Origin: Prorocentrum cordatum
Lineage: Eukaryota
Assembly (NCBI GenBank): GCA_963575745.1
Contig: CAUYUJ010000226.1
Coordinates: 1-64,000, forward strand
Length of the DNA stretch: 64,000 bases
Direction: 5' to 3'
Notes under the pieces: model-generated
Database searches by the model: none
The model's input: only the letters and a program-made list of their open reading frames with translations
What the model was told of the DNA's origin: nothing
Position numbers and translations under genes: made by a program
In this document: positions 59,421-64,000 of the stretch, in pieces
Layout: each line of letters opens with the position of its first letter
How positions within the stretch are numbered: position 1 is the stretch's first letter

Positions 59421-60839
59421 TACACCCTTCGCCGAAAAGGGGAATGGGGTTTTTGGATGATGAAAACAAGCAATCCCGTTAGAACACCTACGCCCAGAAG
59501 GCTGGTGGGATTCTAGGCCGGACCTCGCGTATACCAGCCTCTCAACAAGAGTTTACCTTGCAGCCTTAATTCGAGCGCCAGCGCTTTCCAAACACAACCA
59601 CAGCCTACCATCGTCCAGCCAGTACCGATCTGGCTAGTTGATCCGCAAATTTAAGCCAGCCGCTCTGCCATTACGCTCGGGTGGTGCATCTTGCAAATCA
59701 GGATCTTGTCCGCGAGCAGCACTTCTACTAATATTTGCAGGCAGCGGCCATTTTGGCATGTACGCCGGGGGTGAGCTTTGGGGCATACACAGCTGTACAC
59801 CACTTACCACAGTACCTTCTAGTTGCGTTTTCTCATGCGGCTTCACTGTGTTGACCTGTTATTATAATTGCGCCCGGTAGCGCGTTTGTAATGTTCTGCT
59901 GCGTCCCTTGACCAGCTATGGTGGTACTGCACTGTGGGCGAATACATTTAAATGTTTTTTTTTTTTTTCTTCTGGGGGGATCGGGGGAACGGACATTCAG
60001 CCATGTTGGCCTTCGGCGGGAAGGGCATCTGCCATATTGTGGGCCGCCGTCCTCTGCCACCTCCCACCACGCATCCACGCAACGCCATCGTTCAAGCCTG
60101 CTTTCAGCCAGAAGGCCAGCCGATATGTTTGCGCCAGCAGGGCAGCAGGAACTGCCACCATTTTTAGCACGACGCTCAGCGCTGCCGTTTTGGTGGCCAT
60201 CTTTGCATGGAAGGCGAAGGTGGGAGGTTTGGTTCGTTGGGGGTGAGAGTGAGATGGGAGTGCCCTACAGCGTGCCAGCCCAGTCACCTGGAATTGCCGC
60301 TTCGCCGAAGCCTTAGAGGACGATGCAACCCAACATTTGCACGTGCATGCCAACCTCTCCCTCGTTCGGCATCCTTCTTCGTATGTTGTCCAGGTGCGCG
60401 ATGTCGAGCTCATCCCCCCTCCATATCGGCGACGTGCGCCGTCATTGTGCGCTCGTGTGGGCCGCAGCTCTTTACACTTACTCGTTGTATCTCCTGTGCC
60501 GCACGGGTCTGCCGCCTAATTCGACGTACTCCGTCCAGCGGTGCGTTAAGTCGGTACATGTTGTTTGCACCATGTGCCGCGCGAATGGTGCGATCATCAA
60601 GCTTAGATTCTGGCCAACGCCAAGAAGAAGGAGGGGGACGAGGAGGAGGAGGAGGTAAAAGGTAAGGAGCTCTCGTGCTTGAAACCTGATCGGCGCCGAC
60701 ACGCGGGAAACAAAGAGGAGGTGGCGGAGGAAGAGACGGAGGAGGAGGCGAGGGAGGATAACGCGGAGGAGGAGGAGGAGGAAGAAGAGGAGGATGAGGA
60801 GGACAACGGGCAGGAAGTGGCGGATGTGGGAGGTGGAGG

Positions 60840-61420
60840 AGGAGCAGCACCAGCATCCAGCAGCAAAGGTGGTGGTAGCTGGCGACGAGCACGACAACGC
60901 GCGGCCCCCCCGCAGGATCTCCGTCTTCATGGACCAGGTCAAGATCGACGCTACGATCCCAGCCGATCTAAGTTTGCCTAACGCCAACATCAGGAAAAAG
61001 GGGGAGGATCAGAAAGAGGAGAAGGATGAAAAGGTGGAGGAGGTGGAGGAGGAAGAAGAGGAGGAGGAGGAGGAGGAGGAGGAGGAAGAGGAGGAGGGAG
61101 GTGGAGGAGGAGGAGAAGGAGAAGGATGAAAAGGTGGAGGGGGAAGGTGGAGGAGGAAGAAGAGGACAGGGAGGAGGAAGAGGAGGAGGAGGAAAAGGAG
61201 GAGGAGGAGAAAGGGGAGGAACGCGCGGAGAGAGAGGAGGACGGACGTGGAGGAGGGCCAGCAGCAACATCCAGCAACAACGGTCTCGGCGGCTGGCGGC
61301 GCGCACGACGACGGGGGGCGGCCCCCGCAGGCACCCCTTCGCCATGGGCCAGGCCAAGTCTGACGCTACAATCCCAGTCGATCTAAATTTGCCGAGCGTC
61401 AGAATTAGGAACGGGGTGGA
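60840..61420 (+). pseudogene. Two degenerate tandem copies of the acceptor and 5' half of exon 61575
   Basis: GGCCCCC(C)GCAG|G followed by ATCTCCGTCTTCATGGACCAGGTCAAGATCGACGC (60916) and CACCCCTTCGCCATGGGCCAGGCCAAGTCTGACGC (61331), versus the real CTCTCCATCGCCATGGGCCAGGCCAAGATCGATGC. Confidence 0.8.
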
Positions 61421-61574
61421 GGAGCAGGAGGAGGAGGAGCAGGAGGAGGAGGGAGAAGAAGAAGAAAACGAAGAAGGAGAAGAAGAATAAGAAGAAGAAG
61501 AAGAAGAGGAGGAGGAGGAGGAGGAACGGGAGGAAGAAGGACAGGGGTGCGACAACGGAGGCGGCCCCCCGCAG

Positions 61575-61642
61575 GCTCTCCATCGCCATGGGCCAGGCCA
61601 AGATCGATGCGCAGCAGGCGCTGGGCATCATGGTCGCTGCAG
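61575..61642 (+). CDS. EamA-like transporter exon, end of TM4 to TM5 (G-LSIAMGQAKIDAQQALGIMVAA-G)
   Basis: CAG acceptor and AG|GC donor. Phase 2 in and phase 1 out match both neighbours. Confidence 0.85.
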
Positions 61643-62845
61643 GCCCCTCGCGCTGCACCCCGGGTGGCGAACGGATGGGCGCGAGGCGAAACCGACGGCG
61701 GGCCTCAGTATTCGACCTTCGAGTTGTTTTTGCCGTTTTCGGGCAATCTCTGCGGTTTTCCGGCTTCGGGGCGCGCTGCGCAGCTTTTTGACGATGCCCA
61801 GATCATCATGGACGGCCGCAGGAGGACCGAATTCTGACCCGGAGCCTGACGACGAGGATCGTGGAGGAGCGGGCGGGGCTAGGACGAGGATGCATCCGTT
61901 CCAGAACATGCCAAAACGTTTTCGGAGCGTTCCGGATCGCTATGAGAAAGCCTTTGCGCCCGAGACATCCTGCAGAGCCGCCGGATGTCAGAGGCTCTCG
62001 ATTGTGAAAACCGTGCGGCCAGTGCCGCCCACCCACAACGACGATGACCACAATGATCATTACCACGACCGCGGCGACAACGACAATGATGACCACGACG
62101 AGACGACAAACATTTGATGTACAGTTATCTTCGCCCGTGCTTCGGGTTGGGTGGGCGTCGCAGCCCTCTCCACCCCCTTTCGTGGCAGCCTCGACAAGCG
62201 AGGTGGCTAAGAAGGCATGCCCCCCCCCGGGAAGTAGGAGGAAAAGGAGGAAACCGGACGAGGAGGAGGAATATGATGGTGATGGTGATGGCATGCTCAT
62301 CGAAGCGGTGACTGAAGGAAGCAGAAGCCAGAGACAACAAATGAACAAGAAAACCCAACATGTGAATTCAAGTGGCCCGAGCTCGGTCCCGGCCGCCCAG
62401 CGCGAGGAGCAGCTGATGAGGAGGAGGAGGAATACGAGGGGGAGGAGAGGGAGGAGGAGGAGGAGGAGGGGAATAAGGAGGAGGAGGATGAAGATGAGCA
62501 GGAGGGAAAGGAGGAGGAAGAGGAGGAGGAAAAGGAGGATGAGGACGATGATGAGGGGGAGGAAGAGGAAGAGGAAAAGGAGGCGGAGGAGAAGGAGGAG
62601 GAAGAGAGGAGAGGAGGAGGAGGAGGAGGAAGGGAGGGAGGGGGGGAGGAGGAGGAGGAGGTGGAGGTGGAGGTGGAGGAGGTGGTGGAGGAGAAGGAGG
62701 AGGAAGAGGGGAATGAGGAGGAGGAGGAGGGGGAGGAGAGAGGAGGAGGACGAGGAAGAAAACGACGAGGATGACGAGGACGAGGAGGGGGGCGAGGACG
62801 AGGAAGAGGTGGAGGACGAGGGAGAGGAGGAGGAGGCTCTCAGAG

Positions 62846-62919
62846 GCGGCGCGATCCTGATGGTGGTCCTGGACAGCACGGTGTCGCAGGCCTTCGACGC
62901 GGAGACCGACAGCAACTGG
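62846..62919 (+). CDS. EamA-like transporter exon, end of TM5 and central loop (G-GAILMVVLDSTVSQAFDAETDSNW)
   Basis: Completes the EamA TM5 motif GI.VA.GGA.LMV. GAG acceptor. The 3' end is uncertain (GT at 62920 or GC at 62922). Confidence 0.82.
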
Positions 62920-64000
62920 GTGCCGCCGCCGCCGCCGCCGCCTTGCAAGCCGCCGCCAGTCTCTGCCACCCGCCCCCCACTGCCCACCTCCCTCCTCGCT
63001 CCGTTCCTCCTTTTGGCAGGCCCAGGGCCGAGATACGCAGGAGTCTTGGGGCCCTTCCTCCGGCCCCCAGGGGAAGGACAGAGCCCAAGAGTGAGGCCCT
63101 CGGGGGCCTCTTGGGGGACCCTCTGGGGGCCTCCTTGAGGGCCTTTTAGGAGTCGTCGGGCCTCCCGGGGGGGGTTCTTGGGCGCCCGCTGGCGGTCTAG
63201 GGGGTCCCCTCGGGGCGGAGGGCTTGCCGACCTCCCTCTTCGCCCCGTCCCCCCTTCGGGCAAGCCCACGGCCGAGATGTGACACCAACCTGCATCTTGA
63301 GGATACGCGACTTCCCAAGGCTGCCCCTGCATCCTTCACCTTCGGCCCGTCCTTGGCCTCTTTCGCTGGCCGCGCCCCGCACGCCAAGTGCCGGCATGGC
63401 CTTCCGAGGCACTTGCGTGCTTATCGTGCGTCCTTATTCGACGGGTTGACTGTAGGGGAGGGCCAGTTGAGGCAGCGGTAGCTTGCTTTTGGGGGGAGCC
63501 CTCGTCGTCCCGGCTGGACGCAGCTCGGACACACGGCACGGTCGGACCGAGGGAAAAAGATCGAGGGGTACCCTGACGCTCTTCGTACTTGTTGGGTTCT
63601 TTTGTGCATCCTGGGGGAGGGTACCGTCCCTCGAATGCTCGTCAGGTTGGCCGCTGGAGGCCCTCGTGCTCTTGAAGGCTGTCCTTCTGCCCTAGATCCG
63701 GCCGTGCAGCGGGACCCCGAAGGGGGTCCGAGGATCGATTCTTGTTGACCTCCGCCGAGGGAGGAAGCCCAGGCCCCGTCGCGCCGCCGCGGCGAACATC
63801 GTGGTGCTCTTGCTTGTGTAGATCCTGCCCTCGGCCTCCCAGGGGGGGGGCCCTGCGTGGGCGCCGGGGCCGTTCAACATCATCATCCTCCTCCTACTCC
63901 TCCTCCTCCTCCTCCTCCTCCTCCTCCTCCTCCTCCTCCTCCGCCCTCCTCCTCCCTCCTCCTCCTCCTCCTCTTCCTCCTCCTCCTCCTCCTCCTCCTC

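Overview
This window is GC-rich, repeat-saturated eukaryotic genomic DNA, and nearly all ORFs in the supplied track are artefacts of (GAG/CTC)n, (GAT)n, (TAG)n and (GAGGCT)n tracts or low-complexity repeats. The GC/GA splice donors, tiny exons, very long introns and repeat types point to a dinoflagellate (Prorocentrum-like), which is an inference. One + strand gene is hidden across almost the whole window and is invisible in the ORF track. It has ten short exons (9017-62919, 690 coding nt in about 54 kb) that splice in frame into the N-terminal half of an EamA/DMT-type (WAT1/nodulin-21-like) membrane transporter: DPALSARLLDG...SSRLYE|GGLLHGSR|TMSMARSSLAPG|TYGTLEGPQEGADLKPPVLL|VHLALCSGYALFGGGAIVGKFGVHGSNPIMFELARE|SISVCLLLAAVCFTGQALLPERADAPR|ILLGGLSFFTNQ|IAWFVGLKLADPVAGSAWQAFLPIMTTG|LSIAMGQAKIDAQQALGIMVAAG|GAILMVVLDSTVSQAFDAETDSNW. 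The gene probably continues beyond the window. Its introns hold a decayed APE-RT-RNase H LINE, many foldback/MITE-like hairpin elements, minisatellites, nested dispersed repeats and degenerate partial copies of the gene's own exon ends. A 79-bp satellite lies upstream. I found no rRNA, tRNA, CRISPR array or prokaryotic system, and I cannot support a wholly new biological system. The most unusual signals are the all-noncanonical splicing, the duplicated decoy exon ends and the diversity of palindromic elements.
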